NCBI RefSeq assembly: GCF_048593235.1
Contig: NC_133620.1
Coordinates: forward strand, 477,927,886-477,991,885
DNA from: Sminthopsis crassicaudata
Lineage: Eukaryota
Direction of reading: 5' to 3'
Length of the DNA stretch: 64,000 bases
Within the stretch, counting starts at the first letter, position 1. Every line of letters begins with the position of its first letter. Both the position numbers and the translations under genes were made by a program. Of this stretch, positions 1 to 11,382 are shown piece by piece. The notes under the pieces are model-generated. The model did not search any database. It had not been told where the DNA came from and saw only the letters and a program-made list of their open reading frames with translations.

Positions 1-481
1 ACTGGACACTGCCCTTCTGGTGGGTTATAAAACCTGTCTGCCAGAGCCAGTGCATCTTTGTCAAAAATTAGAAAATTAATGGTATAGAGAACTAAATTTA
101 GAAGTTCTCTAGGGTTACCTGTGGCTCCCCCTTTCTTTTGTTTTTGGAGTCACACATTAGACTTCAATTAGAGAGCATGTATAAGAAGAAGCCCACAAGC
201 CCACTCTCCAAAAGTGGATTCAAATTCATTCTAGATTCCACCTTTGTGCTGCTGCAGATTTCAGAGGGAGCTCTTGGAACCAAGTAGAGAGATCGGCCTC
301 TGCTAAAACTTACTAGGCCACAGGAAAAGAGACAGGCTTTGAAGGAGAAAATAAAGGATTTGGACTTTAATACCTGGCTGTATTTGGGGTGATTACACTG
401 AACTGAAACTAAGGCTGCTTCCAGAAGGTCCCCAAGAAACCTGCTCTCAGAGAATATTATATTTTAGAGTAGAGCACTTCA
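1..481. mobile_element. Distal end of the nested LTR/ERV insertion (partial, cut by window edge)
   Basis: Same sequence as ~4526-5006; ends ...GAGCACTTCA followed by the TSD copy ACCATG (482-487). Confidence 0.85.
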
Positions 482-1579
482 ACCATGGGGACAGCCAAGC
501 ACTTGGGAAGTGATAGAAAGGGAACTTGTGCCAGGCAGACTTGGATCAGCAGGTGGCTCTATAAGGTCAACCCCGAAGGGCTGGAGCGGTCATTCCAAGC
601 AAGGGCAGGTGGCCTGAGGGGATGGGCTCTCATGGCCCGTTCTGGACTCTGCTGGATGGCTTCAAGGCTCGCTCCTTGCCAGGGACCTCTTACACAGAAT
701 ATGTGTTCTAGTACATGGATCAAGGTGTTCCTTGTGCTCTGGAGTTCATTCTACAGGGGACCAAGGACCCCAAGGCCTCAGGGTCTCCAAGGCCATGCAA
801 AGGCCCGTTTGTTATGTGCAAGTGCCTGGTCGAGGATCCCCTCATGTCTAAAGGACTATTCCTAGCGAGCTGGAAGCCAGAAACCTGGCGCGCCTGGGAG
901 TCATTCTAGAGAAACGTGTGCCGAGGGCATCCTTTCTAAGCAGCGCATGTGAAGGTTCCCTCCTGCTCTGTGCTGGTGGCAGCTGGCCTCTTCGCTGGTG
1001 TGCTTGGATACAGTGATGGCGGGCACAGGGGAAAGATTTTAAGGCAATCGAATTATGGCCTGAAAGTCAGGGGGCAGAGTGTGGATGCGATGTGTCCGGG
1101 CCCGGCTCTGCAGGACCACGGAGAGGTGTGTGTGTGGAATGCCGTTCACATTGGGCACTGTCTCCTGGAGATTCATGGGCTCCACTGGCTGCCTTGTGGA
1201 AGCATGAGGCTCCTGCTTTCCCAGCTGGGCCCAAGATGAGCAAAGAGGACGAGTGAGAGGCCAGAAAAGTGAGTTGATGCTATTTATTAGTAGGACAGTC
1301 TGTGGCCAAAGCCATCCCCGTGCACTTTGACATGAGAGAGAGCCTGCCAGTGGGCTGCAAGCAGTGGGCCCGGGTGCATGCCAAGCAGGTGCCGAGACTG
1401 GGGCAGCCATGGTTTGCTTGGCATCTCTGTGGTCTGTGGAAAGTGGGGAGTGTAGGGTGTCTGGTCAGTTCTTGAGGCTGATATCCGGGGAGGGATACGG
1501 GAGACCCGCAGAAGTGGGGCCCGGGGTGGGGGAGAGACACAGGGCGTCAGCCAGGGGGACAGAGAGCAGCAGCCTGGGC

Positions 1580-2329
1580 TCAGCAGCAAGATTTCTGGCC
1601 GCAGCTGGGGGCGCAGCAGGCGGGCTTGCAGCAGGCGGGCCGGCAGACCAGGGACACACAGGAGGCGGGGCGGCAGCAGGGGGCGGCCGGGCAGCAGGAG
1701 GGTGCACAGCAGCAAGAGGAGGAGGACGTGGGGCCGCAGCAAGAGGGTCTGCAGGAGACGGGCGCGCAGCAGGAGACCGGGCCGCACACGGGGCGGCACA
1801 CGAGGGACACGCAGCAGGCCGGGCGGCAGCAGCTGGGCTTGCAGCACACAGGCAGGGAGATGCAGCAGCTGGGCTTACAGCACACGGGGACGCAGCAGCA
1901 GGACTGCACCGAGCAGGGAGAGGCAGCGCAGCAAGGGGCTGGGCAGCAGGACTGCTGGCAGCAGGAAGACCCGCAGCCAGAGGGCTGGCAGCAAGACTGC
2001 TGGCAGCAGGATGGCGAGCAGGAGGAGGTGCAGAGAGCCTGGCAGGGGCTGGGTTCACAGGCCACCTGGCAGGTGGCGGGCACGCAGCAGACTGGCCGGC
2101 ACACAAGGGTCAGGCAGGAGGCCGGTGTGCAGCAGGGGGCCGGGCAGCAGGGGGCTGGGCAGCAGCCGGGTTCACAACAGCTCTCCGGGCAGTCGTCCAG
2201 CTGCCAGGAAGAGCCGGTGCAAGAACTGGGCAAGCAGACTCTGTTGCTGCCGCAGCTCACATCACTGGAACAGACTGAGACGGCCGAGGCTGTGGGAAAG
2301 CAAGGCCCAGAGAAACAGGTGTCTGCCAT
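1580..2329 (-). CDS. KRTAP10: KRTAP10-like high-sulfur keratin-associated protein, copy 1 (249 aa, intronless)
   Basis: Cys-rich ORF with the [14 protein letters not shown] motif and CCxPx pentapeptides typical of KRTAP10. Upstream TATAAAA (2538-2544) and downstream AATAAA (1283-1288) on the minus strand. Confidence 0.92.
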   Translation of the reverse strand: MADTCFSGPCFPTASAVSVCSSDVSCGSNRVCLPSSCTGSSWQLDDCPESCCEPGCCPAPCCPAPCCTPASCLTLVCRPVCCVPATCQVACEPSPCQALCTSSCSPSCCQQSCCQPSGCGSSCCQQSCCPAPCCAASPCSVQSCCCVPVCCKPSCCISLPVCCKPSCCRPACCVSLVCRPVCGPVSCCAPVSCRPSCCGPTSSSSCCCAPSCCPAAPCCRPASCVSLVCRPACCKPACCAPSCGQKSCC

Positions 2330-2537
2330 GGTGGGAGTGGTGGGTGGGTGCCTTGGGTGGCAGAGGCCGGGAAACGGGTGTCAGCGAGGGGCCGAGTGTG
2401 TGATGCAGGGAGGTGCGGGAGCCTCACTGGGATGGAGCTGGTGTCTGTGCCTGTGGGCGTGAGTGTGAGTGTGAGTGTGGGTGTGAGTGTGAGTGAAGGT
2501 GTGGGGCTGAGTGTGAAGGTGGCTCAGCCTGGTGGGC

Positions 2538-2630
2538 TTTTATATCCCTCCTGGCAGGAGGATGGCCCAAGGGAAGGCCGGACCTTCTTCCCTGTTGATG
2601 TTTGTGGCCCCTTCCCTCAGAAGCCAATCA
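2538..2630 (-). promoter_or_regulatory. KRTAP10 proximal promoter (TATAAAAGCCC plus a CCAAT box); also at 7063, 11591, 33105 and 37759
   Basis: TATAAAAGCC is also present at the KRTAP12 gene. gaagCCAATcatta lies ~80 bp upstream of the TATA box and reads CCGAT in copy 5. Confidence 0.7.
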
Positions 2631-3502
2631 TTAAGGGACAGTGACATAGCCCAGGGGAGAGCCATTGGTCCACAAACACCTCTCCCTGTGAGTCTGACTG
2701 TGCTGGTGCTGGCTTCTGTGTGTGTATGAGTCTTGTAAGTGTGTGTGCATGTGCGAGTGTGTAATTGGGGATGGGTCCATCAGATGATGGACATGTATCC
2801 TGCCTTGGGTTCTGTAGGTCACTGATGCCAAACATGAGGCTGGAAGGAAGTCAGTGGCTTTGGCTTTGTTGCAGGGGGAAAAGGGGCCAGCAGGCAGAAG
2901 GAATGAAGGGCTACAGCCAGTCTCCTGCAAGGAGTGTCCATGGTGGAGCCACTGCTCTGTGCCACTGCCCTGGGGGCAGAGATGTGTACTTGTGTGTGAT
3001 TGGTTGCTCTTGTCTGAATGGGAGCTGGTCCCTGTGGGAAGGGAGGCCCCGTGGGCCTTTTTAGACTACAGGGAGGAGAGGCATGGTGCGACCCAAAGCA
3101 GTCCTGGAGGGAGTCGCTATATGGTGGGTCCAAATCTCCAGAGAAATCTATCAGAGCAAGCATGGTGGCCTTGCTGGGGAAGGCCTCAGAGAGCTCTTGG
3201 GGACCTTAGTTTTGCCGTGTGCGACCAGCAATGTGACAGCCAGTGCTTCTCCGCGAAGGCTGAGTCGGCCAGCAATGGGGGAGATGAGCAGGGCATGGAG
3301 AACATGCCTCCTCTCTCAGGCAAAAAGGCCAGTGGCCTCCCTGCAAGGCTTTCCTGGAACTAGCTCTTTGGAGTATGCCAAGGGAACACATAGGAAGAAC
3401 GTCTGCCGCTGAGCCAAATGGGTCAGGTTTGTCTCTACCACTCTGCCTGCCACATAGCCGCCATGCCAGCAGTCCCGATTCCCAGGCCCTCTGATGACCA
3501 TG

Positions 3503-5006
3503 TGTTATGGGCCAGAACATGAAACAAGGCGCTAATGCTTATGTACTTAATTCACACCTTTAAAGGAGTTCATGTAACGTCTTGTTGTCTCCAGAAACTG
3601 CCAATACCTCTTTGGGAGGAGATCTTCTGTCTCAACTCAATCTCCTGGCCAGACTCTTCTTCCTGTAGAGAGCCATCCCAACTCTGACCTAGAGTAGTCT
3701 CCTTCTCCAGTCCCAATGTTGCTTCTGTTATCTCCCAGAGAATGGGCGTGGGATAACTCAGGGGCTTATGGGAAAAATACTTCAATCAATGAACTTGCTC
3801 CTTTTAAAGGTTGTGTAAACTCCTTTTCATATGTAAACTCCTCCTCAGAAGTTCAAAATTGTAAACTCCCCTTAAAGGCGGGAACCAAAAGGTGTGAACT
3901 AGAGAATTGTTAGGTACCAACTTAGCACTTAGTAAGAACCTTACATCTCCCCCTTTCTTTTGATTTAGAACATAGGGTGGTCATGACCTTGAAACATAAA
4001 TCCATCAATATGGGAAGTATTACACATAATTACATAAATTACATAAATACATAGTAACATAGTAACATAACACGTGCTAGAAGTATGTAACAAATAACAT
4101 GATCAAATAATCATAAATTGAGAATTTATAAATGTCCATAAGTCCATTGTCCATTAGTTCATGTGCCAAAAATCAAATAATTCTTGCAAGTTTTGCAGTC
4201 CTCCAATAGTCTCATCTTGTATTAGGAAATCCAATGATTCCTGCTGGTTTTAAAGTTCTTTAACAGTCTTCTTATTTGCCATGCTCTTTCAGTATCAGAT
4301 GTTTCTTAGATCTCCTTTATTTTGAGGTCTTTCTCTTTTTCTGTCTCTCTCTGATGGACAAGACGAATATGACTCGTTGGCACCCCTCTGATTCCTTCTC
4401 CATCTGAAAAAATACAAGCAAACCCTCTCCCCCAGGCAGTTAACCTATCTGGTCCCTTCCATTCACCACTTTCTGGGTCTCTCCACATCACCTGGCGATT
4501 ATCTAAGGACAGTGGAGCTGCTCGCACTGGACACTGCCCTTCTGGTGGGTTATAAAACCTGTCTGCCAGAGCCAGTGCATCTTTGTCAAAAATTAGAAAA
4601 TTAATGGTATAGAGAACTAAATTTAGAAGTTCTCTAGGGTTACCTGTGGCTCCCCCTTTCTTTTGTTTTTGGAGTCACACATTAGACTTCAATTAGAGAG
4701 CATGTATAAGAAGAAGCCCACAAGCCCACTCTCCAAAAGTGGATTCAAATTCATTCTAGATTCCACCTTTGTGCTGCTGCAGATTTCAGAGGGAGCTCTT
4801 GGAACCAAGTAGAGAGATCGGCCTCTGCTAAAACTTACTAGGCCACAGGAAAAGAGACAGGCTTTGAAGGAGAAAATAAAGGATTTGGACTTTAATACCT
4901 GGCTGTATTTGGGGTGATTACACTGAACTGAAACTAAGGCTGCTTCCAGAAGGTCCCCAAGAAACCTGCTCTCAGAGAATATTATATTTTAGAGTAGAGC
5001 ACTTCA
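3503..5006 (+). mobile_element. Solo LTR (TGTTATGGG...CACTTCA) split by an inner ERV, flanked by 6-bp TSD ACCATG
   Basis: TG...CA termini; ACCATG at 3497-3502 and 5007-5012; AATAAA in the 3' part. The outer pieces are 3503-3572 and ~4692-5006. Confidence 0.85.
3573..4691 (-). mobile_element. 5'-truncated ERV2 (betaretrovirus-like) remnant: integrase C-terminus, PPT and 3' LTR, no env
   Basis: The minus frame reads LQKQKKGG...LYTINFL...QVMWRDPESGEWKGPDRLTAWGRGFACIF (beta-type IN core end and C-terminal domain) to a stop at 4306. PPT AAAAGAAAGGGGGAGA at 3946-3961 abuts the LTR TGTAAGG...CGTTACA (3945 to 3573). Confidence 0.88.
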
Positions 5007-6104
5007 ACCATGGGGACAGCCAAGCACTTGGGAAGTGATAGAAAGGGAACTTGTGCCAGGCAGACTTGGATCAGCAGGTGGCTCTATAAGGTCAACCCCG
5101 AAGGGCTGGAGCGGTCATTCCAAGCAAGGGCAGGTGGCCTGAGGGGATGGGCTCTCATGGCCCGTTCTGGACTCTGCTGGATGGCTTCAAGGCTCGCTCC
5201 TTGCCAGGGACCTCTTACACAGAATATGTGTTCTAGTACATGGATCAAGGTGTTCCTTGTGCTCTGGAGTTCATTCTACAGGGGACCAAGGACCCCAAGG
5301 CCTCAGGGTCTCCAAGGCCATGCAAAGGCCCGTTTGTTATGTGCAAGTGCCTGGTCGAGGATCCCCTCATGTCTAAAGGACTATTCCTAGCGAGCTGGAA
5401 GCCAGAAACCTGGCGCGCCTGGGAGTCATTCTAGAGAAACGTGTGCCGAGGGCATCCTTTCTAAGCAGCGCATGTGAAGGTTCCCTCCTGCTCTGTGCTG
5501 GTGGCAGCTGGCCTCTTCGCTGGTGTGCTTGGATACAGTGATGGCGGGCACAGGGGAAAGATTTTAAGGCAATCGAATTATGGCCTGAAAGTCAGGGGGC
5601 AGAGTGTGGATGCGATGTGTCCGGGCCCGGCTCTGCAGGACCACGGAGAGGTGTGTGTGTGGAATGCCGTTCACATTGGGCACTGTCTCCTGGAGATTCA
5701 TGGGCTCCACTGGCTGCCTTGTGGAAGCATGAGGCTCCTGCTTTCCCAGCTGGGCCCAAGATGAGCAAAGAGGACGAGTGAGAGGCCAGAAAAGTGAGTT
5801 GATGCTATTTATTAGTAGGACAGTCTGTGGCCAAAGCCATCCCCGTGCACTTTGACATGAGAGAGAGCCTGCCAGTGGGCTGCAAGCAGTGGGCCCGGGT
5901 GCATGCCAAGCAGGTGCCGAGACTGGGGCAGCCATGGTTTGCTTGGCATCTCTGTGGTCTGTGGAAAGTGGGGAGTGTAGGGTGTCTGGTCAGTTCTTGA
6001 GGCTGATATCCGGGGAGGGATACGGGAGACCCGCAGAAGTGGGGCCCGGGGTGGGGGAGAGACACAGGGCGTCAGCCAGGGGGACAGAGAGCAGCAGCCT
6101 GGGC

Positions 6105-6854
6105 TCAGCAGCAAGATTTCTGGCCGCAGCTGGGGGCGCAGCAGGCGGGCTTGCAGCAGGCGGGCCGGCAGACCAGGGACACACAGGAGGCGGGGCGGCA
6201 GCAGGGGGCGGCCGGGCAGCAGGAGGGTGCACAGCAGCAAGAGGAGGAGGACGTGGGGCCGCAGCAAGAGGGTCTGCAGGAGACGGGCGCGCAGCAGGAG
6301 ACCGGGCCGCACACGGGGCGGCACACGAGGGACACGCAGCAGGCCGGGCGGCAGCAGCTGGGCTTGCAGCACACAGGCAGGGAGATGCAGCAGCTGGGCT
6401 TACAGCACACGGGGACGCAGCAGCAGGACTGCACCGAGCAGGGAGAGGCAGCGCAGCAAGGGGCTGGGCAGCAGGACTGCTGGCAGCAGGAAGACCCGCA
6501 GCCAGAGGGCTGGCAGCAAGACTGCTGGCAGCAGGATGGCGAGCAGGAGGAGGTGCAGAGAGCCTGGCAGGGGCTGGGTTCACAGGCCACCTGGCAGGTG
6601 GCGGGCACGCAGCAGACTGGCCGGCACACGAGGGTCAGGCAGGAGGCCGGTGTGCAGCAGGGGGCCGGGCAGCAGGGGGCTGGGCAGCAGCCGGGTTCAC
6701 AACAGCTCTCCGGGCAGTCGTCCAGCTGCCAGGAAGAGCCGGTGCAAGAACTGGGCAAGCAGACTCTGTTGCTGCCGCAGCTCACATCACTGGAACAGAC
6801 TGAGACGGCCGAGGCTGTGGGAAAGCAAGGCCCAGAGAAACAGGTGTCTGCCAT
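6105..6854 (-). CDS. KRTAP10: KRTAP10-like copy 2 (249 aa, same protein as copy 1)
   Basis: Same ORF shifted by 4525 bp; TATA 7063-7069; AATAAA 5808-5813. Confidence 0.92.
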   Translation of the reverse strand: MADTCFSGPCFPTASAVSVCSSDVSCGSNRVCLPSSCTGSSWQLDDCPESCCEPGCCPAPCCPAPCCTPASCLTLVCRPVCCVPATCQVACEPSPCQALCTSSCSPSCCQQSCCQPSGCGSSCCQQSCCPAPCCAASPCSVQSCCCVPVCCKPSCCISLPVCCKPSCCRPACCVSLVCRPVCGPVSCCAPVSCRPSCCGPTSSSSCCCAPSCCPAAPCCRPASCVSLVCRPACCKPACCAPSCGQKSCC

Positions 6855-8027
6855 GGTGGGAGTGGTGGGTGGGTGCCTTGGGTGGCAGAGGCCGGGAAAC
6901 GGGTGTCAGCGAGGGGCCGAGTGTGTGATGCAGGGAGGTGCGGGAGCCTCACTGGGATGGAGCTGGTGTCTGTGCCTGTGGGCGTGAGTGTGAGTGTGAG
7001 TGTGGGTGTGAGTGTGAGTGAAGGTGTGGGGCTGAGTGTGAAGGTGGCTCAGCCTGGTGGGCTTTTATATCCCTCCTGGCAGGAGGATGGCCCAAGGGAA
7101 GGCCGGACCTTCTTCCCTGTTGATGTTTGTGGCCCCTTCCCTCAGAAGCCAATCATTAAGGGACAGTGACATAGCCCAGGGGAGAGCCATTGGTCCACAA
7201 ACACCTCTCCCTGTGAGTCTGACTGTGCTGGTGCTGGCTTCTGTGTGTGTATGAGTCTTGTAAGTGTGTGTGCATGTGCGAGTGTGTAATTGGGGATGGG
7301 TCCATCAGATGATGGACATGTATCCTGCCTTGGGTTCTGTAGGTCACTGATGCCAAACATGAGGCTGGAAGGAAGTCAGTGGCTTTGGCTTTGTTGCAGG
7401 GGGAAAAGGGGCCAGCAGGCAGAAGGAATGAAGGGCTACAGCCAGTCTCCTGCAAGGAGTGTCCATGGTGGAGCCACTGCTCTGTGCCACTGCCCTGGGG
7501 GCAGAGATGTGTACTTGTGTGTGATTGGTTGCTCTTGTCTGAATGGGAGCTGGTCCCTGTGGGAAGGGAGGCCCCGTGGGCCTTTTTAGACTACAGGGAG
7601 GAGAGGCATGGTGCGACCCAAAGCAGTCCTGGAGGGAGTCGCTATATGGTGGGTCCAAATCTCCAGAGAAATCTATCAGAGCAAGCATGGTGGCCTTGCT
7701 GGGGAAGGCCTCAGAGAGCTCTTGGGGACCTTAGTTTTGCCGTGTGCGACCAGCAATGTGACAGCCAGTGCTTCTCCGCGAAGGCTGAGTCGGCCAGCAA
7801 TGGGGGAGATGAGCAGGGCATGGAGAACATGCCTCCTCTCTCAGGCAAAAAGGCCAGTGGCCTCCCTGCAAGGCTTTCCTGGAACTAGCTCTTTGGAGTA
7901 TGCCAAGGGAACACATAGGAAGAACGTCTGCCGCTGAGCCAAATGGGTCAGGTTTGTCTCTACCACTCTGCCTGCCACATAGCCGCCATGCCAGCAGTCC
8001 CGATTCCCAGGCCCTCTGATGACCATG

Positions 8028-9534
8028 TGTTATGGGCCAGAACATGAAACAAGGCGCTAATGCTTATGTACTTAATTCACACCTTTAAAGGAGTTCATGT
8101 AACGTCTTGTTGTCTCCAGAAACTGCCAATACCTCTTTGGGAGGAGATCTTCTGTCTCAACTCAATCTCCTGGCCAGACTCTTCTTCCTGTAGAGAGCCA
8201 TCCCAACTCTGACCTAGAGTAGTCTCCTTCTCCAGTCCCAATGTTGCTTCTGTTATCTCCCAGAGAATGGGCGTGGGATAACTCAGGGGCTTATGGGAAA
8301 AATACTTCAATCAATGAACTTGCTCCTTTTAAAGGTTGTGTAAACTCCTTTTCATATGTAAACTCCTCCTCAGAAGTTCAAAATTGTAAACTCCCCTTAA
8401 AGGCGGGAACCAAAAGGTGTGAACTAGAGAATTGTTAGGTACCAACTTAGCACTTAGTAAGAACCTTACATCTCCCCCTTTCTTTTGATTTAGAACATAG
8501 GGTGGTCATGACCTTGAAACATAAATCCATCAATATGGGAAGTATTACACATAATTACATAAATTACATAAATACATAGTAACATAGTAACATAACACGT
8601 GCTAGAAGTATGTAACAAATAACATGATCAAATAATCATAAATTGAGAATTTATAAATGTCCATAAATCCATTGTCCATTAGTTCATGTGCCAAAAATCA
8701 AATAATTCTTGCAAGTTTTGCAGTCCTCCAATAGTCTCATCTTGTATTAGGAAATCCAATGATTCCTGCTGGTTTTAAAGTTCTTTAACAGTCTTCTTAT
8801 TTGCCATGCTCTTTCAGTATCAGATGTTTCTTAGATCTTCTCCTTTATTTTGAGGTCTTTCTCTTTTTCTGTCTCTCTCTGATGGACAAGACGAATATGA
8901 CTCGTTGGCACCCCTCTGATTCCTTCTCCATCTGAAAAAATACAAGCAAACCCTCTCCCCCAGGCAGTTAACCTATCTGGTCCCTTCCATTCACCACTTT
9001 CTGGGTCTCTCCACATCACCTGGCGATTATCTAAGGACAGTGGAGCTGCTCGCACTGGACACTGCCCTTCTGGTGGGTTATAAAACCTGTCTGCCAGAGC
9101 CAGTGCATCTTTGTCAAAAATTAGAAAATTAATGGTATAGAGAACTAAATTTAGAAGTTCTCTAGGGTTACCTGTGGCTCCCCCTTTCTTTTGTTTTTGG
9201 AGTCACACATTAGACTTCAATTAGAGAGCATGTATAAGAAGAAGCCCACAAGCCCACTCTCCAAAAGTGGATTCAAATTCATTCTAGATTCCACCTTTGT
9301 GCTGCTGCAGATTTCAGAGGGAGCTCTTGGAACCAAGTAGAGAGATCGGCCTCTGCTAAAACTTACTAGGCCACAGGAAAAGAGACAGGCTTTGAAGGAG
9401 AAAATAAAGGATTTGGACTTTAATACCTGGCTGTATTTGGGGTGATTACACTGAACTGAAACTAAGGCTGCTTCCAGAAGGTCCCCAAGAAACCTGCTCT
9501 CAGAGAATATTATATTTTAGAGTAGAGCACTTCA
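8028..9534. mobile_element. Second full copy of the nested LTR/ERV2 insertion
   Basis: TSD ACCATG at 8022-8027 and 9535-9540; IN fragment ORF 8831-9055. Confidence 0.88.
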
Positions 9535-10632
9535 ACCATGGGGACAGCCAAGCACTTGGGAAGTGATAGAAAGGGAACTTGTGCCAGGCAGACTTGGATC
9601 AGCAGGTGGCTCTATAAGGTCAACCCCGAAGGGCTGGAGCGGTCATTCCAAGCAAGGGCAGGTGGCCTGAGGGGATGGGCTCTCATGGCCCGTTCTGGAC
9701 TCTGCTGGATGGCTTCAAGGCTCGCTCCTTGCCAGGGACCTCTTACACAGAATATGTGTTCTAGTACATGGATCAAGGTGTTCCTTGTGCTCTGGAGTTC
9801 ATTCTACAGGGGACCAAGGACCCCAAGGCCTCAGGGTCTCCAAGGCCATGCAAAGGCCCGTTTGTTATGTGCAAGTGCCTGGTCGAGGATCCCCTCATGT
9901 CTAAAGGACTATTCCTAGCGAGCTGGAAGCCAGAAACCTGGCGCGCCTGGGAGTCATTCTAGAGAAACGTGTGCCGAGGGCATCCTTTCTAAGCAGCGCA
10001 TGTGAAGGTTCCCTCCTGCTCTGTGCTGGTGGCAGCTGGCCTCTTCGCTGGTGTGCTTGGATACAGTGATGGCGGGCACAGGGGAAAGATTTTAAGGCAA
10101 TCGAATTATGGCCTGAAAGTCAGGGGGCAGAGTGTGGATGCGATGTGTCCGGGCCCGGCTCTGCAGGACCACGGAGAGGTGTGTGTGTGGAATGCCGTTC
10201 ACATTGGGCACTGTCTCCTGGAGATTCATGGGCTCCACTGGCTGCCTTGTGGAAGCATGAGGCTCCTGCTTTCCCAGCTGGGCCCAAGATGAGCAAAGAG
10301 GACGAGTGAGAGGCCAGAAAAGTGAGTTGATGCTATTTATTAGTAGGACAGTCTGTGGCCAAAGCCATCCCCGTGCACTTTGACATGAGAGAGAGCCTGC
10401 CAGTGGGCTGCAAGCAATGGGCCCGGGTGCATGCCAAGCAGGTGCCGAGGCTGGGGCAGCCATGGTTTGCTTGACATCTCTGTGGTCTGTGGAAAGTGGG
10501 GAGTGTAGGGTGTCTGGTCAGTTGCTGAGGCTGATGCCCGGGGAGGGATCCGGGAGACCCACAGAAGTGGGGCCTGGGGTGGGGGAGAGACAGAGGGCGT
10601 CAGCCAGGGGGACAGAGAGCAGCAGCCTGGGC

Positions 10633-11382
10633 TCAGCAGCAAGATTTCTGGCCGCAGCTGGGGGCGCAGCAGGCGGGCTTGCAGCAGGCAGGCCGGCAGA
10701 CCAGGGACACACAGGAGGCGGGGCGGCAGCAGGGGGCGGCCGGGCAGCAGGAGGGTGCACAGCAGCAAGAGGAGGAGGACGTGGGGCCGCAGCAAGAGGG
10801 TCTGCAGGAGACGGGCGCGCAGCAGGAGACCGGGCCGCACACGGGGCGGCACACGAGGGACACGCAGCAGGCCGGGCGGCAGCAGCTGGGCTTGCAGCAC
10901 ACAGGCAGGGAGATGCAGCAGCTGGGCTTACAGCACACGGGGACGCAGCAGCAGGACTGCACCGAGCAGGGAGAGGCAGCGCAGCAAGGGGCTGGGCAGC
11001 AGGACTGCTGGCAGCAGGAAGACCCGCAGCCAGAGGGCTGGCAGCAAGACTGCTGGCAGCAGGATGGCGAGCAGGAGGAGGTGCAGAGAGCCTGGCAGGG
11101 GCTGGGTTCACAGGCCACCTGGCAGGTGGCGGGCACGCAGCAGACTGGCCGGCACACAAGGGTCAGGCAGGAGGCCGGCGTGCAGCAGGGGGCCGGGCAG
11201 CAGGGGGCTGGGCAGCAGCCGGGTTCACAACAGCTCTCCGGGCAGTCGTCCAGCTGCCAGGAAGAGCCGGTGCAAGAACTGGGCAAGCAGACTCTGTTGC
11301 TGCCGCAGCTCACATCACTGGAACAGACTGAGACGGCCGAGGCTGTGGGAAAGCAAGGCCCAGAGAAACAGGTGTCTGCCAT
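10633..11382 (-). CDS. KRTAP10: KRTAP10-like copy 3 (249 aa, same protein)
   Basis: Same ORF; TATA 11591-11597; AATAAA 10336-10341. Upstream homology with the other copies stops at ~11690. Confidence 0.92.
   Translation of the reverse strand: MADTCFSGPCFPTASAVSVCSSDVSCGSNRVCLPSSCTGSSWQLDDCPESCCEPGCCPAPCCPAPCCTPASCLTLVCRPVCCVPATCQVACEPSPCQALCTSSCSPSCCQQSCCQPSGCGSSCCQQSCCPAPCCAASPCSVQSCCCVPVCCKPSCCISLPVCCKPSCCRPACCVSLVCRPVCGPVSCCAPVSCRPSCCGPTSSSSCCCAPSCCPAAPCCRPASCVSLVCRPACCKPACCAPSCGQKSCC

Noticed and set aside
1364-2462. Long + strand ORFs over each KRTAP10 (278-304 aa, Gln/Gly/Ala-rich), repeated over copies 2-5 and KRTAP12
   Set aside because: These are shadow frames of TGC/TGT/CCC-rich Cys codons, whose reverse complement rarely makes stops. 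The promoter and poly(A) signals are on the minus strand.
2461-2495. 21-bp match (acactcacacccacactcaca) between the KRTAP10 leader and the minisatellite unit
   Set aside because: Low-complexity CA-rich sequence; convergence is as likely as shared origin.
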